Shown: piece by piece, positions 10,258 to 19,849 of the stretch
Numbering within the stretch: position 1 is the first letter of the stretch
Layout: each line of letters begins with the position of its first letter
Origin: Verrucomicrobiales bacterium
Lineage (GTDB): Bacteria > Verrucomicrobiota > Verrucomicrobiia > Verrucomicrobiales > SLCJ01
Assembly (NCBI GenBank): GCA_046075565.1
Contig: JBJTQJ010000108.1
Span: forward strand, 1 to 64,000
DNA length: 64,000 nt
Direction: 5' to 3'
Made by a program: the position numbers and the translations under genes
Notes under the pieces: generated by a model
Databases searched by the model: none
What the model was told of the DNA's origin: nothing
What the model saw: the letters and a program-made list of their open reading frames with translations, nothing else

Positions 10258-11304
10258 TCAACCCGCGTTTTCTTCTTCCCAACGTTCTTCATCCCCGGTG
10301 AAATATCGCACGCGGGTCTTCTTGAACTCGACCGATGAATAGAGGGCGAGGCGTTCCTTCAGTCCGGTGGCGGCGGCAATCGAGTCGAGAGTGGCCTCAC
10401 AGTCCTCGACCGATTTGCCATGGACCATGGTGAAGAGATTGAAGGGCCAATCGGGACAAGATGGACGCTCGTAGCAATGGCTTACGGCGCGGAATCCGGC
10501 CATGATCGAGCCGAGGCGGTCCCGCTCAGCCTGGTTGTCGGCCGGACCAGCCCAAACGCCCATGGCGTTGGCGCGGAACCCGGCCCGGCGATGGTGGAGC
10601 ACGGCGGCGAAGCGGCGCTTACGCCCGCTTGTTAGGAAATCAGCGTGGATTTTCGCCAGGCGGTCGAAAGAAATCCCGAGTTCCTCGGCAATCGGGCCGA
10701 AGGGATCATCAACCACCGGCAAATCGCGCTGCATGAGGCGCACGAATTCGCGTTCGGTCGGATCGAGCGGGCGGGCCTCCCCGCGATTGCAATCGGAGAA
10801 GAATTTTCCGCTTGTTTCCGTGGGGGTGCTTTCGCCACCCATATCGAAGCGCACACCAATCTTGTGCAGCTTTAGGGTCGGGAGAAGGCGCGTGGACTCC
10901 GCCCCGGAGAGTCGGTGCAAGGCAGCGACGGTGCCTTCCAGTCCCAGCCGGCTGGTTGGCGGCACGGCGATGGTATACCAGAGATTGAAAGCGTGGTTGC
11001 GGAGGTAGTTGTGACTTACCCCTGGGTGGCGGTTCAGCACGGCGGCGGCGGCTTCGGCACGGTCCTCGGGCACGCGCGCGGCAACCAAGCTGGAAGCATA
11101 CCCAAGGCTGCGGGTATCAAAGATTGCACTGATCTGGCGGATAATTTTTTCCTCCTTAAGCCGGCGGATCCGCCCGAGCACATCATCTTCTTCCAATCCG
11201 AGGGGACGACCGAGATCGGCGAAGGGATGCCGGCTCATCGGAATACTTTCCTACAAGGCCCCGAGAAGGGCAGCGTCGGTGGTATCGGTCAGGGCAGTGG
11301 ACAT
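10258..11304 (-). pseudogene. ahbAB: Fused siroheme decarboxylase AhbA-AhbB (NirDL/GH-like, Lrp/AsnC fold) with amber stop at codon 18; may still be expressed from ATG 11238
   Basis: GVSHNYLRNHAFNLWYT, AVSHCYERP..WPFNLFTMVHG and EFKKTRVRYF. The N-terminus reads MSTALTDTTDAALLGAL*ESIPMSRHPF with TAG at 11251-11253. Confidence 0.8.
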
Positions 11305-11311
11305 GGAACAA

Positions 11312-11941
11312 TCAATCATCCTTCCCGATGAAACCGCGCACATCACGGATCGTCGGGCCGGGACCGGAACCAGAGGAAGGCGAGCGGATATCGTTGATGG
11401 CCTCATCAGGATAACGCCAGCGGTCGCGGGTCTTCGGGTCCTCGCGGGTGGAATAAACGCGTTCCGCGTCCGTGGAGACGACTCGTTCGATGGCCTCCCC
11501 GGTGTCGTAGTCTTTATCAGCCTCGCGTGCCTTCTTGCCGCCAAAATTCCATGGCATCTGCAACCTGCTTTTCTGCCCTTGTTCCTTGGCCTGGGTGGTG
11601 GTGTAGTCCTTGCTACCGGAGAATGGTTTCGACCCCTCGAAAGTCTTACCTTGGAAAGCCTTGGTTCCGAAGGTTGATTTTTTCACTTCCTTGCCGACAC
11701 TCGCGGTTGATGTGCCGCTGAAGGATCGGCTTTCAAAATCACTGCGGCGATCGGATTGCACGCGCACCATCCCTTGTTCGTCCTGCCCGAGTTGGAAGTT
11801 CCCGGCAAACTTCTTCTTGATGGGATCCACTTCTTCCCGCGTGGTGGACACGGTGCGCTGGGTTTTGCAGGCGACCAGCCCGACCATGACGAGCACCATT
11901 GGCAGGGCGCGCGTGAAGTGGAGCGGGAAACGGGCGGGCAT
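11312..11941 (-). CDS. Hypothetical lipoprotein
   Basis: Hydrophobic leader ending in lipobox-like LVAC, followed by a Lys/Ser/Thr-rich body. Confidence 0.7.
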   Translation of the reverse strand: MPARFPLHFTRALPMVLVMVGLVACKTQRTVSTTREEVDPIKKKFAGNFQLGQDEQGMVRVQSDRRSDFESRSFSGTSTASVGKEVKKSTFGTKAFQGKTFEGSKPFSGSKDYTTTQAKEQGQKSRLQMPWNFGGKKAREADKDYDTGEAIERVVSTDAERVYSTREDPKTRDRWRYPDEAINDIRSPSSGSGPGPTIRDVRGFIGKDD

Positions 11942-11998
11942 GGCGCCAATGTGCCACCGCCAATACGAATTGCCATGGAAAAGTCCACCTCCCCGAGG

Positions 11999-14452
11999 TC
12001 ACGACCGTTTGCGGAGACGCAGGTTCACTTCGGGCCAAATGGGCGGGTCGGAGAGCAGGGGGGCAAGGTCTTGTCCGCTTTTGCCAAACTGTGCGAGAAG
12101 ATGGCGAGCCACGGCCCGTAGTTCGGCCCACCGGGCATCCGGCAGCTCCCGGGCATGAACGATGTGCCGCAACAGGGACAACCATTCGACCCGCGCGCGA
12201 CCAAGATCTCCCGGCGTGACTTCCAGCACCGGAATCGCTTTGCGTTCGAGCACGGAGCGCACCAGCACCTCCCCTGCCCCGTCTCCGTAACCGGGAGGCA
12301 ATCCGAGTTCCAGGTAGCCGGGATAGTCGAGCGAGCCATAAGCGCGGCGACAAGCGGCGGCGAGACGGGCCGACTCCCCGGTTGATGATTCGCTGAAACG
12401 ATGACCGGCGCGGAGGTTGGCGAGATGCCAGACGAGTTCCTCGATGGGATAGGTGGCGTCTTCCAAGGCGGCGGCGATGGCCAGCCCTTCGCCGCGCTGG
12501 AACAAAGAGGCAATGCGGCCTCTCGGCGTGGGCCGGCCGCCGGAATCGATCAGCCCGAGCCGGCGCCAGGCCCGCGCGGGAGAACCGGGCGCGGCGGAAC
12601 GGGATTCGCCGGTAGCAGGATCGATGATATCCCAATCCGTGCCTCCACGGCGCATCCGGAATGGTGGGGCGATAAGAAACTGACCACTTCCATCCTGCCA
12701 TGCTTCGGTGGAGACATTCGCGGCATCAAGTCGCAGATGTAGTTTTTGTTCGTCGTGGCTTTCGGAAAAAATTGCGAACCCGGGCAGGCCCCGGAGAAAG
12801 CGACGCCGGATTTTCTTTTCCCAATCTTCCATGGTGAAGGTCCTCAGACCAGGCACAAGGGCGCGAAGTGGTCGCGTCGCTTTCCATATTTCTCCTTCCT
12901 CAAGAGTCGCGGCGATCATTTCGAGTCCGTAACGCCATCGTCGGGGATCGGAGGAAGGCACGATCTTCACCGGGCGCGTGCCCCGGGCGAGGGAAGCGAG
13001 GAATCCGGGCGAGCGTAGCGCCGGACCCCATTGTTCATTTTCATATAATAAACACCGTGTCAGCGGGCGAAGTTCCGGACCGGCGGGAGGACGTTCCCAC
13101 TGGCCGGATGCGTTGAGCATTTCCTTCCATTCGGGTGCGCGGGCAAAGGGAGCGCTATCGTCGCCCGCGGGTTCGCCAGCAGCCAGCCCGTCTGTTTCCC
13201 ATCCGAGCACAGGCGGTGTCGCGGTAAACAGGGAACTCACGAGCCGCGATGCCGCGGCCAGAGGATCCTCATCCGCATCGGCGGCACGAGCCATCACCCG
13301 CAACAGACACGGCCAATCGAGCACGGGTTGGCGAGCGAGTCGTGCCTGACGGCCATCGCTTAGGCGCGGGGTATCGTCCGCCGAGAGGACGGTGCCAGCC
13401 TCGTCCAACCCACGCCGTCCGGCGCGCCCGAACATTTGCAGCAATTCATCAGCGCTGATGGATTTTTCAAATGGTCCGTCGCGATAGGAGCGCGCGCTCA
13501 CGAATACCGAACGCACGGAGAAGTTGATTCCGGCCGCGAGTCCCATGGTGGCAACAATGACCCGCAATTGACCGGCTTTCGCCAACGGCTCGATAATGCC
13601 GGCACGGGCAGCATAGGGAAGCCCGCTGTGGTGGAAGGCGATGCGTTTGGCAAGCAAGGGACGCAAGTCGGCAGGACAATGCTCCCTCAAGTCGGAAGGA
13701 AGAATGAGCGGAAGATCGTCGGGCATGGCACCGGCGATCTGGCGAGCCACTTTTTCCGCCATAGCGCGGTGGGGAGCGAAGATCAGAAGTGGCGCGAGCT
13801 CGGAAAGACATACCCCATAAGCGAGACGCGGGAAAAATCCGGTGACCGATGGCGGTGCCGGACGGGCAAGACCGGCGACATGATGATCATCGAGCGGGAC
13901 CGGACGGTGCGAAGTGCGCACGATCTTGCACGGACGTCCGAGGCGTTCCAACCATGCCCCGACATCCCCCGGATTGGCGACGGATCCGCTGAGCAATAAC
14001 AAACGAGTGTGCATCGGGGCGAGTGCGATCGCGGTTTCATAATGCGCTCCCCTGCCCTGGTCGCCGAGCATCTGGTATTCATCGACCACGAGCAAGGCCG
14101 GGCCATGGCCCTCGAGCAGACGCTCGCGCTGGGTCTCAAGCGTGGCCACCAGCACGGGAGCATCGGTGTCGAGAGCGATGTCACCGGTGGCGATACCGAC
14201 CTGCCAGCCCGCGCGTTTCCACTCCATGAATTTGTCATTGGCCAGCGCTCGTGTCGGCACGGTGTAAACGAGCTGGCCTTGCCTTTGTTTCTCGCGCGCG
14301 AAAATCTCAAAGACATAGGTTTTTCCGGCTCCGGTGGGCGCGTCGATGATCACATCCTGTCCTTCGCGCAAAGCCTGGAGCGCCTCCTGCTGCCAGAGGT
14401 CGGGCAGGCGGAGTCGGTTGAGGGCGGAGATGTTGGCGGAATCGAAAGCCAC
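11999..14452 (-). CDS. Ski2-like superfamily 2 (DEAD/DEAH-box) helicase
   Basis: APTGAGKT, PTRAL, DEYQ, LSGS, FHHSGL, ATMGLAAGIN and QMFGRAGRRG. GTG start inferred from a -10-like TACGGT 7 nt upstream. Confidence 0.88.
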   Translation of the reverse strand: MAFDSANISALNRLRLPDLWQQEALQALREGQDVIIDAPTGAGKTYVFEIFAREKQRQGQLVYTVPTRALANDKFMEWKRAGWQVGIATGDIALDTDAPVLVATLETQRERLLEGHGPALLVVDEYQMLGDQGRGAHYETAIALAPMHTRLLLLSGSVANPGDVGAWLERLGRPCKIVRTSHRPVPLDDHHVAGLARPAPPSVTGFFPRLAYGVCLSELAPLLIFAPHRAMAEKVARQIAGAMPDDLPLILPSDLREHCPADLRPLLAKRIAFHHSGLPYAARAGIIEPLAKAGQLRVIVATMGLAAGINFSVRSVFVSARSYRDGPFEKSISADELLQMFGRAGRRGLDEAGTVLSADDTPRLSDGRQARLARQPVLDWPCLLRVMARAADADEDPLAAASRLVSSLFTATPPVLGWETDGLAAGEPAGDDSAPFARAPEWKEMLNASGQWERPPAGPELRPLTRCLLYENEQWGPALRSPGFLASLARGTRPVKIVPSSDPRRWRYGLEMIAATLEEGEIWKATRPLRALVPGLRTFTMEDWEKKIRRRFLRGLPGFAIFSESHDEQKLHLRLDAANVSTEAWQDGSGQFLIAPPFRMRRGGTDWDIIDPATGESRSAAPGSPARAWRRLGLIDSGGRPTPRGRIASLFQRGEGLAIAAALEDATYPIEELVWHLANLRAGHRFSESSTGESARLAAACRRAYGSLDYPGYLELGLPPGYGDGAGEVLVRSVLERKAIPVLEVTPGDLGRARVEWLSLLRHIVHARELPDARWAELRAVARHLLAQFGKSGQDLAPLLSDPPIWPEVNLRLRKRS

Positions 14453-14539
14453 GGCCGCCACCGTAACGGATCCCGGAGCTTCCGGGATGGAAAATTTGGA
14501 GCCGCTTGCGTTCGCACTCCAAGCGGGCAAGTTGGGGGA

Positions 14540-15700
14540 ATGTCACGCTCTGCGGAAGAAGAACTCGAGGCCATCGACGCGGCCGGACTGCGGCGGCGTC
14601 CGCGTGTGCTCGATTCCGCCCAAGGCCCGCATGTGCGGCTCGACGGACGTGACATGGTCAATTTTTCTTCCAATGACTATCTCGGCTTGGCGAATCATCC
14701 GCTGCTTGCGGAAGCCGCCGAACAGGCAGCCCGGGAATTCGGATTCGGCAGCGGAGCTTCGCGGTTGATCTGCGGGACCATGCGACCCCACGTGGAATTG
14801 GAGGAAAGAATCGCGGCTTTCAAAGGCTCCGAGGGCGCACTTTGCTTTGGCAGCGGATTCGCCGTGGGCAGCGGCCTCGTGCCCGCGCTGGTCGGACCAG
14901 GGGATCATGTCGTGATCGACAAACTTTCCCATGCCTGCCTGGTGGATGGCGCACGCGCCAGTGGGGCAACCCTGCGCGTCTTCCCCCACAATCGCATGGA
15001 CATGCTCGACCGCATGTTGGGAAAAATCCGCGCGGCTTCCGCCAGCAGCCGCATTCTCGTGATCACGGAGTCGATTTTTTCCATGGACGGCGACAAATGC
15101 CCGCTCCAGGAAGTGGTCGAAATCAAAGATCGTCATGGTGCCTTGCTGCTGCTTGACGAAGCCCATGCCACCGGGGTGACCGGACCGGAAGGGCGCGGAC
15201 TCGCCGCTGCCCTCGGCCTGAGCGGGCGGGCGGATTTCCAAATGGGCACCCTCTCAAAGGCCCTCGGCTGTCATGGCGGATTTGTCGCGGCCCGGCGGCC
15301 GTGGATCGATTTGATCTATAACCGCGCCCGATCCTTCATTTTTGCCACCGCTCCACCGGCCCCCGTGGTCGCGGCAGCAGCGGCGGCGTTGGAACTCTGC
15401 GCCGGCAACGAAGGGCAGATACGCCGGGGTCTCTTGGAAAAAAATGTCACATTGCTTTCGGAATCGCTCGGGCTCGCGGACCAACCAAATTCTCCGATTG
15501 TGCCCGTGTTGCTCGGCGAGTCCGAGGTAGCGGTCGCAAAATCGGTCGCTCTCCATGAGGCGGGGATTCTGGTGCCTGCCATACGTTATCCAACCGTGCC
15601 CATCGGGGCAGCCCGCCTGCGATTCACTGCCACGGCTGCCCATGGCCCGGCAGACTTTGCCAATCTGCACAAGACCTGGAAGAAGATAGCCGGCGTGTAG
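14540..15700 (+). CDS. bioF: 8-amino-7-oxononanoate synthase
   Basis: NFSSNDYLGL, GSGASRLICG, FSMDGD, DEAHA, GTLSKA (PLP lysine) and AIRYPTVP. Confidence 0.93.
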   Translation: MSRSAEEELEAIDAAGLRRRPRVLDSAQGPHVRLDGRDMVNFSSNDYLGLANHPLLAEAAEQAAREFGFGSGASRLICGTMRPHVELEERIAAFKGSEGALCFGSGFAVGSGLVPALVGPGDHVVIDKLSHACLVDGARASGATLRVFPHNRMDMLDRMLGKIRAASASSRILVITESIFSMDGDKCPLQEVVEIKDRHGALLLLDEAHATGVTGPEGRGLAAALGLSGRADFQMGTLSKALGCHGGFVAARRPWIDLIYNRARSFIFATAPPAPVVAAAAAALELCAGNEGQIRRGLLEKNVTLLSESLGLADQPNSPIVPVLLGESEVAVAKSVALHEAGILVPAIRYPTVPIGAARLRFTATAAHGPADFANLHKTWKKIAGV

Positions 15701-15892
15701 TGTGCGTCGCTCCCGCAGGAACAGCGGCTCAAACCACGCAGTTACCGCGTCTACCCCTGCGCGCCCTGAGGCTCCCCTTAAAGGACTCCGGCTCCGCCCT
15801 GTTTTGAGCCCCCGAATCATCCAAAAGTCGACCATCGTCATTTTTGAAAGCCCTTATTCTTATTAAAGTTTCAATTAAATACGCTTTCTTGA

Positions 15893-15921
15893 TTGTAATT
15901 TATGGCATTTATGGTTACAGT
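15893..15921 (+). promoter_or_regulatory. Sigma70-type promoter (TTGTAA-N17-TACAGT), 6 nt before ATG 15928, in an AT-rich tract
   Basis: Direct spacing count. Confidence 0.55.
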
Positions 15922-15927
15922 TTTCCC

Positions 15928-16316
15928 ATGAAGCTAAACCAACCTCCTTTCAAATTAAGCCTGCCGGACTGAGCTTGATCGAACTCGCGGTGGGGATCGC
16001 CGTGATGCTTAGCTTTATCTGGGTTTTGTTTATCGGGATGACGGCTTGGAAATCCGGCGCCGACCGCTCAAATTGCATCGTCAACATCCGGAACGTCCAC
16101 GTGGCCTCTCGCTCCTATGAGAATTTGCATGGTATTCGAGAAGGGCAGGATTTCCAACCCTCCTTCATCATCGGCACCGACTCCTTTGTCCAGCAGATGC
16201 CCGAGTGTCCGGCCGGCGGCACGCACACCTTCGCCAGCAAATTTCCAGCCTCCGGCAGCCTCATCATGAACTGCTCGGTGCAGTCCCATGTCCCGGCCAC
16301 CAAAACGGGCTGGTAA
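15928..16316 (+). pseudogene. Prepilin-type (type IV pilin/pseudopilin-like) protein with a frameshift in the leader peptide
   Basis: KPAG|LSLIELAVGIAV cleavage/methylation motif, WKSGADRSNCIVNIRN and CPAGG. ATG 15928 (MKLNQ..) is out of frame with the motif, and no in-frame ATG was found in the stretch just upstream of the cleavage site. Confidence 0.7.
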
Positions 16317-16594
16317 GGCCACCTGGCAAATTCGACCTGAAAACACGCGGTTTTCACCTCTTGGGGGCGCCGAACCCCTCGATTCTGCTGCGGGTGGTTC
16401 CTGATTCCGTCGTGGCTCGGCCGAGTGCACGAGGGATAGTGAGAACTGACAGGGCCTTTTGACCTTTCCGTGTTGCCCCCTCTGGTAACCAGCTTGTAGC
16501 CGCCGAAGGTTTTCCGAAAAGATGCTCTTCCCCGGCCGGAATCCATATCCAATCTGGTTCGAAATATTCCGGAATGTGCGGCGTTAACCTCGGA

Positions 16595-18271
16595 ATGAAT
16601 TCCAGACGAGAGATTCTTCGCGAGCGGCATCTGTTGCTCCTTCTAAGCACCGGACTCCTGCTCACTGCCCCGCTTTCCGCTTCCTCCCCTCCCCCTCCGG
16701 CGATTCTGACTACCGAGGCGCTGCGCAAACAGGTCGAGTCCTTCAACCGGAACGACCACACGCATTTCGGACAGGCCATTTCCAACGAAGGAGCGGCGGA
16801 CTGGATGGCGGCCAATGTCCCGCTCTTCGACTGCCCGGATCCAGACATCAAGGAAATTTACCATTTCCGCTGGTGGACGTTCCGCAAGCACATCAAGGAA
16901 ACGCCGGATGGTTTTGTGATCACGGAGTTTCTGCCCCAGGTTTCGTGGAGTGGAAAACACAACACCATCAGTTGTCCGGCCGGGCACCATTTCCACGAAG
17001 GACGATGGATCCGCGATCCGAAATACCTCAATGATTACGCGGTCTTCTGGTTCCGCAAGGGCGGGGCTCCCCGCCGCTACAGTTTCTGGGCAGCGGACTC
17101 CATCTATCAGCGCGCTATCACCCTGGGCGATTTTGATCAAGCCATCGAATTATTGCCCGATCTCGTCGTGAATTATGAGGCTTGGGAAAAGACCCGTCTC
17201 GAACCTGACGGACTCTTCTGGCAAATCGATGATCGTGACGGCATGGAGGTCTCGGTGGGCGGCCAGGGCCATCGGGGCGAAGGCAAACGACCGACCATCA
17301 ATTCCTACATGTATGGCGACGCGGTGGCGATTGCCGCGATCGCCGAAAAAGCCGGCAAACCGGAGATCGCCGCTCAATATCGCGCCCATGCAGGAGAACT
17401 CCGCAAACTCGTTCTCTCGAAACTGTGGGACCACGAAGCCGGTTTTTTCAAGGTCCTTCCCCGCGAAGATGGGGCCAAAGTAGTGGATGTGCGCGAGCTG
17501 CATGGCTACACCCCATGGTATTTCGGTCTGCCTCCCCGTGGCGGCGGCCTCGAGATTGCATGGAAACAACTGATGGATCCACAGGGATTCCGCGCGCCCT
17601 TTGGCCCGACGACCACGGAGCGGCGTCATCCCGGATTCAGGATTTCTTACGAAGGCCACGAGTGCCAGTGGAATGGTCCGAGTTGGCCGTTCGCCACCTC
17701 CATGACCTTGACCGCGCTGGCCAATGTGCTCAATGACTACGAGCAAGAATTCGTGACAAAAAAGGATTACTTCGAGGCCTTGAAGACCTATACCAAATCC
17801 CACCGCTTGAAACGCGACGACGGCACGGTCGTCCCTTGGATTGACGAGAATCTGAATCCAGACACCGGAGATTGGATTGCCCGCACGCGCTTGAAGTCCT
17901 GGAAGAATGGTATCTGGGATGCCGGCAAGGGAGGCATGGAACGCGGCAAGGATTACAATCATTCAACCTACTGCGATCTCATCATCTCCGGTCTCGTGGG
18001 GCTGCGTCCGCAGGCCGACGACACGGTGGTGGTGCACCCCTTGCTTCCCGATGGCATGTGGGATTTCTTCTGCCTTGATGGCGTTCCATACCACGGTCGC
18101 GTGCTGACCATTTTCTACGACAAGACCGGTCATCGTTACGGGAAAGGCAGCGGCTTGCGGGTGCTCGCCGATGGCAAAGAAATCGGCTTCCGCGAAACGC
18201 TTGGACGATTGGAAACCAAATTGCCCGCCAGAAGAGAGGGTTCCGGAACATCGAATACCCGGAAAACTTGA
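16595..18271 (+). CDS. Secreted (alpha/alpha)6 glycoside hydrolase (MGH1/GH63-like)
   Basis: Signal peptide, YHFRWWTFRKHI, DDRDGME, RPTINSY, CQWNGPSWP and DYNHSTYCDLII. Confidence 0.8.
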   Translation: MNSRREILRERHLLLLLSTGLLLTAPLSASSPPPPAILTTEALRKQVESFNRNDHTHFGQAISNEGAADWMAANVPLFDCPDPDIKEIYHFRWWTFRKHIKETPDGFVITEFLPQVSWSGKHNTISCPAGHHFHEGRWIRDPKYLNDYAVFWFRKGGAPRRYSFWAADSIYQRAITLGDFDQAIELLPDLVVNYEAWEKTRLEPDGLFWQIDDRDGMEVSVGGQGHRGEGKRPTINSYMYGDAVAIAAIAEKAGKPEIAAQYRAHAGELRKLVLSKLWDHEAGFFKVLPREDGAKVVDVRELHGYTPWYFGLPPRGGGLEIAWKQLMDPQGFRAPFGPTTTERRHPGFRISYEGHECQWNGPSWPFATSMTLTALANVLNDYEQEFVTKKDYFEALKTYTKSHRLKRDDGTVVPWIDENLNPDTGDWIARTRLKSWKNGIWDAGKGGMERGKDYNHSTYCDLIISGLVGLRPQADDTVVVHPLLPDGMWDFFCLDGVPYHGRVLTIFYDKTGHRYGKGSGLRVLADGKEIGFRETLGRLETKLPARREGSGTSNTRKT

Positions 18272-18381
18272 AGGACTGGCACAAACCCGATTACGCTGAC
18301 AGCCATTGACCCCAAGGGCGTGCCCCCATCGGACAGATGGACTTCCGCATCGAAGGACTCAAGATGTCGGACTTGAAATAA
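18229..18381 (+). pseudogene. C-terminal remnant of an unrelated secreted protein overlapping the GH 3' end
   Basis: One frame reads QKRGFRNIEYPENLKDWHKPDYADSH*PQGRAPIGQMDFRIEGLKMSDLK*. It resembles the W..PD[FY]DDS.W..G.APIG motif, with TGA at the Trp position (18307). Confidence 0.6.
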
Positions 18382-18421
18382 ACTTGCCGGGAGAAGGTTG
18401 ATTCATTGACGCAGTGCAAGG

Positions 18422-18919
18422 TTAGCGCGAGCCTTTGCCGAGACCGGCCGTGGCCTCCTCGGCAATCACCTTGCCGTTGAGTTTTACCGTCACGACATAC
18501 CCCGCGTAGGCACGCCCGGTATCCGGTGTGCCGACCGTCCGCTTGTTTTTGCCTTTGCCGACCGTTTTGCTGCCACCTTCGGTTTCGGCGAATTTCGCGG
18601 GATCGGACTGCACCGTCATGCGGCCTTTCGCGGGCAACTTGACGGTGCGGGATCCCTTTTCATCCACCATCTTGTTATGATTCTGGATATCCTTTCCGTA
18701 AATCTGCCACTCCACCTTGAGACCGGCGAGTTCCTTGTCACTCCGGTTCTCCAGTTCAATGCGCAAAAGCCTGGAGTCCACCGCGGTCTTTCCCTTGCGA
18801 TTCGTGCCTCCGGAAACCGCCTTTACCGACATGGAAACCCCGGGTTCGGCGGCGATCGCGGGGATGCTGGACAAAACGAGACAGGCAACGACGGCTTGGA
18901 GAATTCGGTGCGTTTCCAT
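18422..18919 (-). CDS. Hypothetical secreted basic protein
   Basis: Signal peptide (..IPAIA-AEP), beta-rich and Lys-rich body. A promoter-like motif lies 5 nt upstream of ATG 18919. Confidence 0.7.
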   Translation of the reverse strand: METHRILQAVVACLVLSSIPAIAAEPGVSMSVKAVSGGTNRKGKTAVDSRLLRIELENRSDKELAGLKVEWQIYGKDIQNHNKMVDEKGSRTVKLPAKGRMTVQSDPAKFAETEGGSKTVGKGKNKRTVGTPDTGRAYAGYVVTVKLNGKVIAEEATAGLGKGSR

Positions 18920-18972
18920 GGGACAAGAAACCAGCCCACGAAGGCCAAAGCAAATGGATTTATCGCGCGGGC

Positions 18973-19530
18973 TCAAGGCTCGGGTGGCGCCGGGTCGGTC
19001 GCGCTACCCGCGAGACTCAATTTGACCATGGCTTGGTCATGCCCCTTTTCGTCGGTGCTTTTCCTGCGGACGGGATCGGCGCTGACAATTTGTATGCGCA
19101 GGATGGGACCGGTGATTTTCCCGACGATGGGTTTGTCGAAGAGCCAGTGGTATTCACCTTTGACCGTGTAAACGAGTTTATCCGTGACCGAACCGAGGAC
19201 AACATCATCACCACCACCGGCAATGCCGTCGGGACCAAGATCGGTAAAGGTGGCGGTCACTTGTGTTGTGGTGAAATTCGCCAACGGCATGGCCCAGCCG
19301 ATTCCCCGCAGGGTGATGGTTTGTCCGGGTTTCCATTTGTCGGCCGCGACCCCATTGAAAGCCCGCGTCAGGTATTTGGTCTCGTTGTCACTGCCACCGA
19401 TGGCGGCCTCGTCGAAGAAACAATCGCCCAGAGCGCCCGAAACATCCCCCGCAACAATATCGGCGGCAGGAAGATGAGGGATAGCCCAGCTCGAAGACAT
19501 CAAAATGAGGCGTTTCAACCAGGGGTTCAT
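18973..19530 (-). CDS. Hypothetical secreted protein (single beta-rich domain)
   Basis: Degenerate signal peptide, then a Gly/Asp/Thr-rich domain containing DLGPDGIAGGGDD. Confidence 0.6.
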   Translation of the reverse strand: MNPWLKRLILMSSSWAIPHLPAADIVAGDVSGALGDCFFDEAAIGGSDNETKYLTRAFNGVAADKWKPGQTITLRGIGWAMPLANFTTTQVTATFTDLGPDGIAGGGDDVVLGSVTDKLVYTVKGEYHWLFDKPIVGKITGPILRIQIVSADPVRRKSTDEKGHDQAMVKLSLAGSATDPAPPEP

Positions 19531-19849
19531 GGCGTCAGGAAAATGGGTTTCCGAAGCAGGTTCCCGGTTTGGCGAAAAAAAATCAAATACTTTCGGAAAA
19601 CCCTGACCGTGAAGGGAGTCCAATTTGCCATTCCGAGGAAAACCCGGGTCATTTCTCGTTCCTGTCGCGCATATGTGAAGTTCGCTGCTTCGTTCCGCTG
19701 GTTTTTTATGCGTTGCTTGTGAACCTTCCGTGACACCGATCACGTTTACTGTTTCCGGATCGAACATGACGGCGGGAGCGATCATCCTCACCAGTGCCGG
19801 TGCCTCCTAGCAAATAGTCAGTCCCGAGTGACTGGGATACCCTTAGGAT

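Noticed and set aside
14009-14539. N-terminal extension of bioF in the ORF track (likewise 41651-42430, 47259-47720, 32595-33059, 36444-36683)
   Set aside because: These are open-frame run-ons overlapping real neighbouring genes. Homology-like sequence begins only at the downstream ATG.
16317-16594. Riboswitch or ncRNA in long intergenic regions (also 19531-19849, 9990-10257, 62076-62297)
   Set aside because: No tRNA, TPP, cobalamin, SAM, SRP or tmRNA signatures were recognisable by eye. An Rfam scan would be needed to exclude them.
1-18381. Stop-codon reassignment or programmed readthrough as the cause of the in-frame stops
   Set aside because: All three stop codons are involved and replace different residues (Trp, Gln, Cys/Lys). 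TAG, TAA and TGA also end intact genes at their expected C-termini (e.g. DUF1501, bioF, prs, glgP).
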